Below are positions 54,855 through 63,595 of a DNA stretch of 64,000 nucleotides, piece by piece; positions within the stretch are counted from its first letter, which is position 1, and each line of letters starts with the position of its first letter. The translations under genes and the position numbers were made by a program. The DNA is from Streptosporangiaceae bacterium (lineage in GTDB: Bacteria > Actinomycetota > Actinomycetes > Streptosporangiales > Streptosporangiaceae), in contig DATELR010000211.1 of the NCBI GenBank assembly GCA_035276345.1, positions 11,991-75,990 of the forward strand, in the 5' to 3' direction. Under the pieces are notes generated by a model. The model saw only the letters and a program-made list of their open reading frames with translations, was not told the DNA's origin and did no database searches.

Positions 54855-55900
54855 GGTCGTCGTTCCCCCAGTGGAATGTCCTGCCCAGCGCGGTGCTGTT
54901 CGGCGAGCCGGGCTACCAGCGCCGCGATGGCGGCGTCCTGGATGCCCAGCCCGGTCAGGTCGGCCACCGTCAGCTCATCGTCGGTGGTTCGCCCGGGCAG
55001 TCGGGCCGACGCTATCGCGCCCAGCTCGCCATACACGGCTGCCACATCGAACACGCCGGCTGATACTGCGTGATGCAACTCGCCCGATGCCAGAGCGGTC
55101 TGGACGCTGTCAGGGACGTACTTGCTCGCCGACGCGAGAATCCGCGGATCAAGCTCCTGCTTATGCGGCATGTCGGACCCGACTGCTGTGACATGCGTTC
55201 CGGGCGCGACCCACTCGGCTTCGACGACGGGTTCGCTGGAGCTGGTCGTTGTGACGACTACGTCGGACCCGGCGACTGCCTCGCGCGCCGTCGCGGAGAC
55301 GGACACCGTTAGCCCGGCCGAGATCATGTCGTTCGCGTATTGCTCCGCAGCCTCCTTCCGCCGGCCCCAGACTCTGACCTGCCGGATGGGCCTCACCGCG
55401 CGCAATGCCTGAAGCTGGTACCTGGCCTGACCTCCGGTGCCAATAACCGCTGCGATGCTTGCTTCTCGCCGGGCCAGCAGGTCAGCGGCCAGCGCGCCCG
55501 CCGCCGCGGTTCGCAGCTCGGTCAGCAGTCCGCCGTCGGCGACGAGCACGCGGAGTTCGCCGGTCCCGGCGTCGTGGATCATGGTCATTCCGCTGCTGAC
55601 GGGCAAACCACGAGAGGGATTGCGATAGAAACCTGTGGCGGTCTTCACCGCGAACACCGGCGCCCCAGTGATGTACGCGCCCTTCACGTGCAGCTCGCCA
55701 TCGGCTTCTGGCAGCCGCAATTCCAGCGGCGGCGGCATCACTGCACGTCCCTGATCGGCGGCGACGAACGCATCGCGGACGGCCGAAATGGCGTCGGTCA
55801 TGCTGATCAGTTGCTGAACGTCCTGGCGGCCGAGAACACGCACCACCGGAATCACCTTCCCCGCCTTGATGGATCGCCGACCTGGCTCCAAGATTGTCAT
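54851..55900 (-). CDS. Ornithine cyclodeaminase / mu-crystallin family enzyme
   Basis: Sequence features are ...LHVKGAYITGAPVFAVKTATGFYRN...LTELRTAAAGALAADLLAR...VIGTGGQARYQLQAL. I prefer ATG 55900 over the TTG at 55912. Confidence 0.85.
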   Translation of the reverse strand: MTILEPGRRSIKAGKVIPVVRVLGRQDVQQLISMTDAISAVRDAFVAADQGRAVMPPPLELRLPEADGELHVKGAYITGAPVFAVKTATGFYRNPSRGLPVSSGMTMIHDAGTGELRVLVADGGLLTELRTAAAGALAADLLARREASIAAVIGTGGQARYQLQALRAVRPIRQVRVWGRRKEAAEQYANDMISAGLTVSVSATAREAVAGSDVVVTTTSSSEPVVEAEWVAPGTHVTAVGSDMPHKQELDPRILASASKYVPDSVQTALASGELHHAVSAGVFDVAAVYGELGAIASARLPGRTTDDELTVADLTGLGIQDAAIAALVARLAEQHRAGQDIPLGERRP

Positions 55901-55942
55901 ATTGCTCAACAATTCTTCAATGAGCCGTCGGGAGGCCCCAGA

Positions 55943-57094
55943 ATGTCAGTGCCAGCGTTGCGCCGCGAGGACTTCCCTGCGTTCGAGAAGTTCACCTACC
56001 TGAACACCGCCTCGGCAGGCCTGGTGCCCGCGGCCGCCGTCCGTGCGGCGCATGAGTTCGAGGCAGAACTGGCTCAGGCCGGCACGACGGGAATGGATGA
56101 GGACACCGAGGTCGGGATCCTGGACGATGCGCGTCAGGCCGCAGCTGGTCTGCTCGGAGCAGATCCCGCCACTATCTCGATCGGCAGCAGTTTCACCGAG
56201 GCTGTGTGCCAGGTCGCATGGTGGCTCCGGCCCGGCAAGGGCCAGAACGTCGTATCAAGCGATGCGGATTTTCCAAGTGTCACTTACCCCTGGCACCGGA
56301 TTGCCGAGGACACCGGTTGCCAGGTTCGCTTGGTCAGCGTCCTGGACGATCCCGATGCCTTCGACGTCGGCAAGATCGCCGACCAGGTCGACTCCGCGAC
56401 AGCTGCCATCTGCATCAGCCACGTCCAGTACCTGACGGGCCATCTGCTCGACCTCCACGACCTCGCGACGTTGGCGCACGACAATGGCGCGCTGCTGATC
56501 ATTGACGCAACTCAATCTGCCGGGCAGGTACCCATCAACGTTGCCGATACCGGCGTGGACGTGCTGATCACCGGATCCTACAAATGGCTGTGCGGCACGT
56601 TCGGCGCCGCTGCGTGCTACTTGTGCCCGGCATTGCTTGATCGATTCAGGCCACCATTCGTGGGCTGGCGCAGCACGGAGCACCCTTACTCCCTTGATGC
56701 GCGCTGGAAGCCACTGGCGTCGACCGCGCGCCGGATGGAGTACTCGACGGGTTCGTACGCAGCGGCGATAGCCTTCGGCCACGCCATCGGCTACGTCAGC
56801 ACGATGTCGCTCGAAGCAGTAGCAATGCACAACGCCGAACTAGCCAACCAGATGGCCGAAGGCCTGGCAGAGCGCGGAGCGAAGCTGCTCACGCCGCGCG
56901 ACCCGCGCCGCCGCGCGGGAACAGTCACCGCACGGTTCCCTGGCCACGATGGTGAAGCGGTGGCCGGCGAGCTAACCCGTCGCGGCGTCATCGTGTCGCC
57001 GCGAGTAGGTTCCACCCGGTTCTCCATGCACTTCTACAACAACAGCGATGACGTCGACCGGGCGCTGGCGGTGCTTGACGAGGTACTCCGGTGA
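55943..57094 (+). CDS. Class V aminotransferase-fold PLP enzyme (cysteine desulfurase / epimerase-like)
   Basis: ATG 55943 follows GGGAGG. Sequence features are ...YLNTASAGLVPAAAV... and ...ITGSYKWLCG (PLP-Lys context). The ORF-track start at 55340 is antisense shadow over the OCD gene. Confidence 0.8.
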   Translation: MSVPALRREDFPAFEKFTYLNTASAGLVPAAAVRAAHEFEAELAQAGTTGMDEDTEVGILDDARQAAAGLLGADPATISIGSSFTEAVCQVAWWLRPGKGQNVVSSDADFPSVTYPWHRIAEDTGCQVRLVSVLDDPDAFDVGKIADQVDSATAAICISHVQYLTGHLLDLHDLATLAHDNGALLIIDATQSAGQVPINVADTGVDVLITGSYKWLCGTFGAAACYLCPALLDRFRPPFVGWRSTEHPYSLDARWKPLASTARRMEYSTGSYAAAIAFGHAIGYVSTMSLEAVAMHNAELANQMAEGLAERGAKLLTPRDPRRRAGTVTARFPGHDGEAVAGELTRRGVIVSPRVGSTRFSMHFYNNSDDVDRALAVLDEVLR

Positions 57095-58032
57095 CGGCCT
57101 CCGGCAGGATCGATTGGGCCACCCATCTCGAGAGGGCGCGCGAGGTCGTTGCCGCGGCACTTCCTGTCACGCCGCTCGTGGAGAGCCAGGGGATTGGCGG
57201 GCGAGTGCTGTTCAAGCTGGAAAGCTTCCAGCCGACCGGCTCCTTCAAGGTGCGTGGTGCGCTCGCGGCCCTCACCGCGGCGGGCGATGACAGCGGCGTC
57301 GTCACTGCTTCAAGCGGCAACCACGCGCTGGGCGTGGCCTGGGCGGCACAGCGACTCGGGAAGCGCGCGACTGTGGTCGTGCCCGTCACCACATCCGCAG
57401 CGAAGCTCGCGAGCCTGCGGCGATTCGACGTCACCGTCGTCATCCACGGCGAAAGCTATGAGCAGGCCGAACGACATGCCCGCTCGCTGGCTACCGACGG
57501 CCTGCGCTATCTGTCCGCGACCAGCAGCCCTGATGTGATCGCCGGTCAGGCGACCATCGGTGCCGAGCTACTCGAGCAGGTCGATGGTCCTTTCACCGTC
57601 GTGTGCGGCGTCGGCGGCGGCGCGTTGGCCTCCGGTCTCGGGATGATCGGCAGCCAGAGCGGGCGAATGAACGTGGTCGGCGTGGAGGCCGCCGCATCCC
57701 TTGCCATGTCCACAGCGGTCAGCGCGGGGCAGGTGGTCCCGGTCGAGGTCGGCGAAACGCTGGCTGACGGCCTCGCGGGGAACCTGGAACCGGGCGTCAT
57801 CACGGTGGATCTGATCACCGAGCACGTCACCCGGCTTGTCTCGGTGACGGAGGCGCAGATCGCCGAGGCGATCCGGTACCTCGTTCGAGAGCACGGCGTC
57901 ATTGCGGAGGGATCGGGCGCCGCATCGGTAGCGGCGATCCTCGCTGGCGCCGTTCCGTCCGCCGGCCAGACCATCGCCATCATCACCGGACGCAACATCG
58001 CCTTCGAAGCGCTGACGGCAGTGCTGCAATAG
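57091..58032 (+). CDS. Serine/threonine dehydratase-family PLP enzyme
   Basis: The start overlaps the upstream stop. Sequence features are ...FKLESFQPTGSFKVRGALAAL...SSGNHALGVAWAA...GVGGGALASG. Confidence 0.85.
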   Translation: MTASGRIDWATHLERAREVVAAALPVTPLVESQGIGGRVLFKLESFQPTGSFKVRGALAALTAAGDDSGVVTASSGNHALGVAWAAQRLGKRATVVVPVTTSAAKLASLRRFDVTVVIHGESYEQAERHARSLATDGLRYLSATSSPDVIAGQATIGAELLEQVDGPFTVVCGVGGGALASGLGMIGSQSGRMNVVGVEAAASLAMSTAVSAGQVVPVEVGETLADGLAGNLEPGVITVDLITEHVTRLVSVTEAQIAEAIRYLVREHGVIAEGSGAASVAAILAGAVPSAGQTIAIITGRNIAFEALTAVLQ

Positions 58033-58128
58033 CGGGTAAGAAACAGTCAGGCCGATTGCGCGTGGAGATGACGGCGCTGTCGAGACGGGCATGGCTAGCT
58101 ATTCGGAGAGATAACGGAGGCGGATGAC

Positions 58129-58341
58129 GTGGGCGACTTCTTCGGCGTGCTCGCCGCTGGCCCCTTCTTCTTTGTCAGTTCCTGGGTGCTGATGCTGTTC
58201 GTCGGCGGCTTCGCAGGCGACGTGGGCCTTAAGCCGATCGGCTACCTTACGGCGATGGTGGTGACTATCGCGTTGTGGCTGACTTTGGCGCCCGCGATCG
58301 GCGCCATTGCCAGGACCGGGCGGAAGGGCCGCTCGAAATAA
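58129..58341 (+). CDS. Small two-TM membrane protein
   Basis: GTG lies 7 nt after ACGGAGG. Sequence is MGDFFGVLAAGPFFFVSSWVLMLFVGGFAGDVGLKPIGYLTAMVVTIALWLTLAPAIG. Confidence 0.5.
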   Translation: MGDFFGVLAAGPFFFVSSWVLMLFVGGFAGDVGLKPIGYLTAMVVTIALWLTLAPAIGAIARTGRKGRSK

Positions 58342-58363
58342 CCCCTCGGCCGTCCGCCGCTTG

Positions 58364-59071
58364 CTATCCGGAGCCTGCAGCGCGCAGCTCCACGCAGCAG
58401 GTGTCCGGCTGTGGCTCGAGCACCGCAACTGCTGATGACGTGCCGAGCCCCTCGAGGAAGCCCGCGAGGAACGCGTGGTTGATGCCGCATACGAGTTCGG
58501 TTGACCGGGCGGCTAGCGGCTGGAACGGGCAGTTACGCAGCACAAGGTGCCCAGGGACCGGCTGAGCAGGCTCGAAGCCTAGTCGCGCGACGAATGACCT
58601 GGCCAGCGACAGCGCCCGCTCTGCGCCGAGGCGTCCGGGGCGACCCTGCTCGCGTTCCACCTGTCCAAGAAGCCTGCCCCGTGCGGCTGCCGTCTCGAGC
58701 ACGACCTGCCGGGCGTCGACGTCCGCGCCTTCGGCGAGTACCGAGTCGAGCAAGATCTCGGCGAGGATTGCATGCTGCCGCGGCGGGATGCTGATCTGAA
58801 CGACGCGATTGGTGGGCCGGTAGGTCTTCGCGGCGCGCCCGGCGCGGCGATGCAGCCTGGCGGCGCCCGGCTGGAGCAGGCCAGCGTCTACGAGCTTGTC
58901 CAGGTGGAAAGCGGCGAGCTTTCTCGAGATTCCGACCTTCGCTGCGGCCTGATCTCTGGTGACGGGTTCCCGGGTATCGCGGATGAATGCATACATACGC
59001 CGGCGCAAGTCATCGGCCAGCGCAGCAACCGCCCCTATTGAGGCGGCATCTTGCGTTTCATCCAGACTCAC
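58364..59071 (-). CDS. wHTH transcriptional regulator with a C-terminal C-x13-C-x29-CC motif (ArsR/SufR-like, COG2345-type architecture)
   Basis: The wHTH region is LRRRMYAFIRDTREPVTRDQAAAKVGISRKLAAFHLDKLVDAGLL. The C-terminal domain is NCPFQPLAARSTELVCGINHAF...DTCCVEL. It is a paralogue of 59916..60617. Confidence 0.75.
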   Translation of the reverse strand: MSLDETQDAASIGAVAALADDLRRRMYAFIRDTREPVTRDQAAAKVGISRKLAAFHLDKLVDAGLLQPGAARLHRRAGRAAKTYRPTNRVVQISIPPRQHAILAEILLDSVLAEGADVDARQVVLETAAARGRLLGQVEREQGRPGRLGAERALSLARSFVARLGFEPAQPVPGHLVLRNCPFQPLAARSTELVCGINHAFLAGFLEGLGTSSAVAVLEPQPDTCCVELRAAGSG

Positions 59072-59082
59072 GGACGACAGAG

Positions 59083-59135
59083 TATCGCCCGTCAGTGTCG
59101 CCGAAAACCTGACAAGACCCTGACGGCAGGCGATA
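59083..59135. promoter_or_regulatory. Imperfect inverted repeat in the regulator/DUF2231 divergent intergenic region (candidate operator)
   Basis: TATCGCCCGTCAG (59083-59095) faces CTGACGGCAGGCGATA (59120-59135). An AT-rich CCTATT...AATAGG segment lies at 59161-59192, just upstream of the DUF2231 SD. Confidence 0.4.
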
Positions 59136-59201
59136 ACGCCGTTCGAGTTGACGCGGAGGTCCTATTAAGACAAGGATTATTAGTTAAATAGGAGGTCTGG
59201 C

Positions 59202-59912
59202 ATGACCAACGGTCTTTACGAGGCCAAACGACCGATGACTGTGCTGGCGGGCAGGTACGGCCATCCGCTGCATCCGATGCTGGTCACGGTTCCTATCGGC
59301 GCCTGGCTTGCCAGCCTGGTGTTTGACGTGGCCTCCCGGTTGGTCGCCAATCCCGGCTTCCTGGCTCAGGGATCACAGTGGCTGATTGCCATCGGGATTA
59401 TCGGGGCCGTTGGCGCAGCCGGCGCCGGCATCCTGGATTACTACGTGATTCCGCCTAAGACCCGCGTGTACCGGACGGTTGTCACGCACATGAGCCTGAA
59501 CCTCCTGGTCATTACCGCATTCTGCGTTGACTTCTTCTGGCGGTACAGGGATTACCGCCATCCCGGCCCGGTTCTGCCCGCGCAGCTGGCATTGTCAGCG
59601 GCGGGTCTCGCCCTGCTGGCCGTTTCCGGGTACCTGGGCGGGAAGCTTGCCTATCGCTTCGGGGTCCGGGTGGCGGACGAGCAGACGCAGGCCCAGGGTT
59701 ATGCCACCAGGGCAGGCCGCCGGAAGCAGGCGCCCTCGGTTCCGGGACGCGTTACCTACACCAGCCCGGCGGCCGCTGCTCCCGGCCGCTCCCGGCATCC
59801 GATGCCTGATTGGACTGACTACTCGCGGCCAGCCCCGTCTGCGCCTAACTTCTATCCGGATGCCTACCGGCAGCGACACCGCCTGCCGCCATTCGAGGAC
59901 AGCGAGACCTGA
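59202..59912 (+). CDS. DUF2231 domain membrane protein
   Basis: ATG follows AGGAGG. Has the GHPLHPMLVTVPIGAWLASLVFDV signature and 4 TM helices, followed by a Pro/Arg-rich tail. Confidence 0.75.
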   Translation: MTNGLYEAKRPMTVLAGRYGHPLHPMLVTVPIGAWLASLVFDVASRLVANPGFLAQGSQWLIAIGIIGAVGAAGAGILDYYVIPPKTRVYRTVVTHMSLNLLVITAFCVDFFWRYRDYRHPGPVLPAQLALSAAGLALLAVSGYLGGKLAYRFGVRVADEQTQAQGYATRAGRRKQAPSVPGRVTYTSPAAAAPGRSRHPMPDWTDYSRPAPSAPNFYPDAYRQRHRLPPFEDSET

Positions 59913-59915
59913 CCA

Positions 59916-60617
59916 TCACTGACCAGAGATTGTCACGCAGCATCGGCCAGGCGATGGCTGCAGCTGCGCGTGCACCCCGGTCACGCCCGCCTCGTCGAGC
60001 AGGCTGTCAATGAGATCGAAGTTGATGCCGCATACCAGGTTGGTGTACCGCTGCGCCAGGTTATGGAATGGGCAGTTGGCCAGTTCGAGTCCGTGTCCGG
60101 CGTGTCTCGGCTCGTAGCCGCGCACGGCCAGCACCTGCTCGACCGCTCCGAGGGCGCCGCCGGTGCGAGCTCGCTCACGTGCTTTAATCCTCGCCTCGCG
60201 CCCTAGCTCGCGGCCCGCCTCGGCCGCAGCCTCGTGCAGCGCCGCCACGACCGGCACCGACTGCACCTCGGCCTTGGTGATCGCCTCGGCCATGACGCGG
60301 GCAGCGAGGTCGTAGCGCCGCTCAGGAAGGCTCACCTCCACGTCGTGGCGGCTGCGGCGATAAAGCTTGGCCGGCCTGCCGGCTCCGGGGCCGCTCCGGC
60401 CGGGGGGCCGGGCATATTCGACCTCAAGGAGACCCTCTTCCTCGAGCTTGTCCAGGTGGAACTTCGCGACGTGCCGCGGGACGCCCAGCGCAGCCGCGGC
60501 CTGCTCGCGCCCGACGGGGTCAGGCTGGCCGGCCACGTAACGATAGAGCTGGCGCCTGACGGGCTCCCCGAGTGCAGCGATGCTCGTGACCCGGCTATCG
60601 AAGTCGTGAGGGGCCAA
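59916..60617 (-). CDS. wHTH transcriptional regulator with a C-terminal C-x13-C-x29-CC motif (ArsR/SufR-like), second copy
   Basis: The wHTH region is VRRQLYRYVAGQPDPVGREQAAAALGVPRHVAKFHLDKLEEEGLL. The C-terminal domain is NCPFHNLAQRYTNLVCGINFDL...GRCCVTI. Confidence 0.75.
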   Translation of the reverse strand: MAPHDFDSRVTSIAALGEPVRRQLYRYVAGQPDPVGREQAAAALGVPRHVAKFHLDKLEEEGLLEVEYARPPGRSGPGAGRPAKLYRRSRHDVEVSLPERRYDLAARVMAEAITKAEVQSVPVVAALHEAAAEAGRELGREARIKARERARTGGALGAVEQVLAVRGYEPRHAGHGLELANCPFHNLAQRYTNLVCGINFDLIDSLLDEAGVTGVHAQLQPSPGRCCVTISGQ

Positions 60618-60640
60618 GGCCTGCTCCTGGTGTGCTGAGA

Positions 60641-60708
60641 TTCTAACGGATACAACTCTTGACGTTAGAAGCTTTCGCGTTCTAACGTCAACACTAATAT
60701 CCGTTAGA
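60641..60708. promoter_or_regulatory. Nested four-site operator-like array (two TCTAACG-N14-CGTTAGA inverted repeats)
   Basis: TTCTAACGGATA (60641-52), TGACGTTAGAA (60660-70), TTCTAACGTCA (60680-90) and TATCCGTTAGA (60698-708). Sites 1 and 4, and sites 2 and 3, are perfect 11-nt reverse complements of each other. The array lies between the regulator start (60617) and the DoxX-like start (60725). Confidence 0.7.
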
Positions 60709-60724
60709 CGAGAAGGGCAAGATC

Positions 60725-61186
60725 ATGAGCGTCAGCACAGCACCGGGTGCCATTTCCCCGAGCACGTCCAGGCGGGAGAGGCTCAGGAACGATCCGGCCT
60801 ACCAGGCGTTCTGGCTCCTCCGGATTGGCTTCACGGTCGCACCGATCCTGTTCGGGGCGGACAAGTTCGCCGACCTGTTGACCAACTGGGACAAGTATCT
60901 GGCTCCGTGGGTGAACGGCATCGTCCCCGGCACCGCGCACCAGGCCATGTACGCCGTCGGCGTCATCGAGATTGTCGCTGGCCTTTGCGTGCTCATCGTC
61001 CCCCGTTTCGGCGGCTACCTGGTCGCAGCGTGGTTGCTCGGCATCATCGTCAACCTGCTCAGCATCGGTAACTACTACGACGTGGCGCTCCGTGACTTCG
61101 GCCTGCTGCTCGCGGCGCTGACCCTGGCCCGCCTGGCCAAGGCGTTCCCCGGCGAGTCCCTCGTGGGCGCTAGCCGGTCTGCCTGA
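60725..61186 (+). CDS. DoxX-like membrane protein
   Basis: ATG follows GAGAAGGG. Sequence features are ...AFWLLRIGFTVAPILFGADKFADLLTNW...VIEIVAGLCVLIVPRFGGYLVAAWLLGIIVNL. Confidence 0.7.
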   Translation: MSVSTAPGAISPSTSRRERLRNDPAYQAFWLLRIGFTVAPILFGADKFADLLTNWDKYLAPWVNGIVPGTAHQAMYAVGVIEIVAGLCVLIVPRFGGYLVAAWLLGIIVNLLSIGNYYDVALRDFGLLLAALTLARLAKAFPGESLVGASRSA

Positions 61187-61199
61187 CGTCAGCCGGCTT

Positions 61200-61637
61200 T
61201 TAGCGGACTATGACCGTGAGTTTGAAGTGGCCACGCGATCCTGTGCAGGCCAGCGCCTCTCCGCAGGACAGCCGGTGAGCGCTGATGACTGCCTTTCCCG
61301 GAGCCACCGCCTTGTACAGCGCGCGCTTCGGCTGGCATCCGACGCCGGGAGGGCAGCTGTGCGAGCTGCGCAGCAGCCGCACGCTGCCTACCTGGTGCAG
61401 GATCGCCGGGGCCGAGCTGCCACGGAACTTCCAGTAGCTGCTGCCCAGGATCAGCACTACCTTGTCGCCAACGTCAATGTGAATGGTCTTGCCATTGGCG
61501 CGATCGTGCTCGGTGATCGAGCGCGGCGCATGGGAACTGCCTGTTGCATCATGGGCCGTACCGCATGCTGTCGCTTGCACGGCCGTGGCCATCGCGGCGA
61601 GCATTAGCACGGGCCGCATTGCCCGGGTGATCGACAT
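61200..61637 (-). CDS. Probable secreted lipoprotein (function unknown)
   Basis: Has a signal peptide with a lipobox-like [14 protein letters not shown]. The mature part has 5 Cys. I recognised no family. Confidence 0.55.
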   Translation of the reverse strand: MSITRAMRPVLMLAAMATAVQATACGTAHDATGSSHAPRSITEHDRANGKTIHIDVGDKVVLILGSSYWKFRGSSAPAILHQVGSVRLLRSSHSCPPGVGCQPKRALYKAVAPGKAVISAHRLSCGEALACTGSRGHFKLTVIVR

Positions 61638-61792
61638 GGGACCCCTCCGATTTCCTTGGCACCAGTTGGACGCTGAGCGTGCGCCTGGCGGTTCCCGCCC
61701 TCTTGATCGGCATCAGCGGCGCCTGGCGCCGGCACCGGCAAGTTTGGCTAGATATCTTTGACCTTTCACGCAGACATAAAGTAAGGCCGTGG

Positions 61793-62590
61793 GTGAGCAG
61801 CAGCGAACATCGAGCTGTGAGCGGACCGGCTGAGATCCGCGGCCGGTTCCGGGCCGGACTGCGAGTCCCGACAGCCGGCCTGGCACCGGGTTTCGCCCAG
61901 GCTAATGTCGTCGTGCTTGCCGGGGATGCGGCGGCGGAGTTCGGCGAGTTCGCGAGGCGCAACCCCGGGCCATGTCCGCTGCTGGATATGACCAGCCCGG
62001 GCAGCACGCGGACGCGCCTCGCGCCTGGCGCGGACCTGCGCACCGACCTTCCTGCCTATCGGGTGTTTGAAGACGGCGAATGCGTGGCGGAGCCGGACGA
62101 GGTCGCGAGCTTGTGGCGCGATGACCTGGTCACGTTCCTGACCGGCTGCAGCTTTACCTTCGAGCGGGCGCTTATGGCGGCGGGCGTACCGGTACGGCAC
62201 GCGGAGCTTGGCACCAACGTGGCGATGTTCGTCACCGATCGTCCATGCCAGCCTGCGGGACGATTCGCTGGCCCGCTGGTCGTGTCGATGCGGCCGTTGC
62301 CTGCTGACCTCGTCGCTACCGCCACGGCCATAACGGCCCGATATCCGGCCGCTCACGGGGCGCCCGTCCACGCGGGTGACCCGGCGGTGCTCGGCATAGC
62401 CGATCTGGCCCGCCCTGACTTCGGTGACCCGGTGCCGCTGAAGCCAGGCGATGTGCCGGTCTTCTGGGCCTGTGGTGTGACTCCGCAGGTGGTACTCGCG
62501 GCAGCGCGGGTCCCGTTCGCCATCACCCACGCGCCAGGCCATATGTTCATCACCGATGTGCCGGAATCCGATCAGCAATTGCTCCGCTAG
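61793..62590 (+). CDS. DUF1445 / UPF0317 putative hydro-lyase (D-glutamate cyclase-like)
   Basis: Sequence features are ...[28 protein letters not shown]...[13 protein letters not shown]...[10 protein letters not shown]...[11 protein letters not shown] chose GTG 61793; the ORF opens at 61679. Confidence 0.78.
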   Translation: MSSSEHRAVSGPAEIRGRFRAGLRVPTAGLAPGFAQANVVVLAGDAAAEFGEFARRNPGPCPLLDMTSPGSTRTRLAPGADLRTDLPAYRVFEDGECVAEPDEVASLWRDDLVTFLTGCSFTFERALMAAGVPVRHAELGTNVAMFVTDRPCQPAGRFAGPLVVSMRPLPADLVATATAITARYPAAHGAPVHAGDPAVLGIADLARPDFGDPVPLKPGDVPVFWACGVTPQVVLAAARVPFAITHAPGHMFITDVPESDQQLLR

Positions 62591-63582
62591 AGCGCGACGA
62601 CCACTTTCCCGACCGCACGGCGATGCTTGAGCTCGTCAATCGCCGCGCGCGCCTGGTCGGCGCCGAACCGCCGCGAGACATGAGGACGGAGTAGGCCAGC
62701 CTCGTAGAGCCTGAGCACCTCGTCGCAATTCGCGCGGTCCGTAGCGGGATCGGCAGCTGCCCAGCCGCCGTACAGGACGCCCACCACCTGGCAACGCTTC
62801 AGCAGCACGAGGTTGGCGGGAATGCGCGGAATCCCGGCGGGGAATCCGATCACCAGCAGCCGCCCGTCCGGCGCTGTCGTCCGCAGCGCCGCCTCGGTGT
62901 AGTCGCCGCCGACGCCGTCGAAGATGACGTCCGCCGAGCCACCCGGGCACATTTGCTTGAACAACGCCGACATCTCACGCCGCCCCGCATCGTCGAGCGG
63001 GCCCGGCGTGTACCGGAAAGCGGTGTCGGCGCCGTGAGCACGCGCGACATCTGCCTTCTCGTCGGTCGATGCTGCCGCGACGACTGTGGCCTTCATGGCC
63101 TTGCCTAGCTGCACAGCGGCCAGGCCGACTCCGCCAGCCGCGCCGAGCACCAGCAGCCGCTCGCCCGCCCGCATCGACGCCCGCTGAACCAGGGCATGGT
63201 AGGCCGTCAGGTAGGTCGTCTGGATCGCAGCGGCCTCGTCGAGCGGCATGGCGGACGGTATCTTGTGCACTCGCTCCTGCGGGACGGCGACGAGCTCGGC
63301 CATGCCGCCCAGGCTCATCCGCGCCATCACCCGATCGCCCGGCGCGAAGCCGGCGACTCCGTCACCGGTGGCGGTTACCTCGCCGCCGACCTCGCCTCCT
63401 GGGGTAAACGGCCGCTGCGGCCGCAGCTGGTACCTGTCCTGCAGCAGCAGGACATCCGGGTAGTTCACGCCGCAGTACCCGACCCGTACCAGCACTTCGC
63501 CAGGACCGGGAACCGGGTCAGGAACTTCCGCGAGGCTGAGATCCTCGCTGCCAGGAGCGCTGGCGCTGACGACTGCTTTCAT
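62587..63582 (-). CDS. NADPH:quinone oxidoreductase / zinc-type alcohol dehydrogenase superfamily (MDR)
   Basis: Sequence features are MKAVV...[19 protein letters not shown]...[28 protein letters not shown]. Confidence 0.85.
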   Translation of the reverse strand: MKAVVSASAPGSEDLSLAEVPDPVPGPGEVLVRVGYCGVNYPDVLLLQDRYQLRPQRPFTPGGEVGGEVTATGDGVAGFAPGDRVMARMSLGGMAELVAVPQERVHKIPSAMPLDEAAAIQTTYLTAYHALVQRASMRAGERLLVLGAAGGVGLAAVQLGKAMKATVVAAASTDEKADVARAHGADTAFRYTPGPLDDAGRREMSALFKQMCPGGSADVIFDGVGGDYTEAALRTTAPDGRLLVIGFPAGIPRIPANLVLLKRCQVVGVLYGGWAAADPATDRANCDEVLRLYEAGLLRPHVSRRFGADQARAAIDELKHRRAVGKVVVAL

Positions 63583-63595
63583 CGTGTGTCTCCGG

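Noticed and set aside
55340-55942. 200-codon N-terminal extension of the class-V PLP enzyme ORF.
   Set aside because: It is antisense to the well-supported OCD gene. The homologous region begins at the SD-linked ATG at 55943.
61200-61637. Considered the 145-aa lipoprotein as a chagasin/ICP-type protease inhibitor.
   Set aside because: The family's hallmark loops, as I remember them (NPTTG, GxGG, RPW), are absent. I kept it as a hypothetical lipoprotein.
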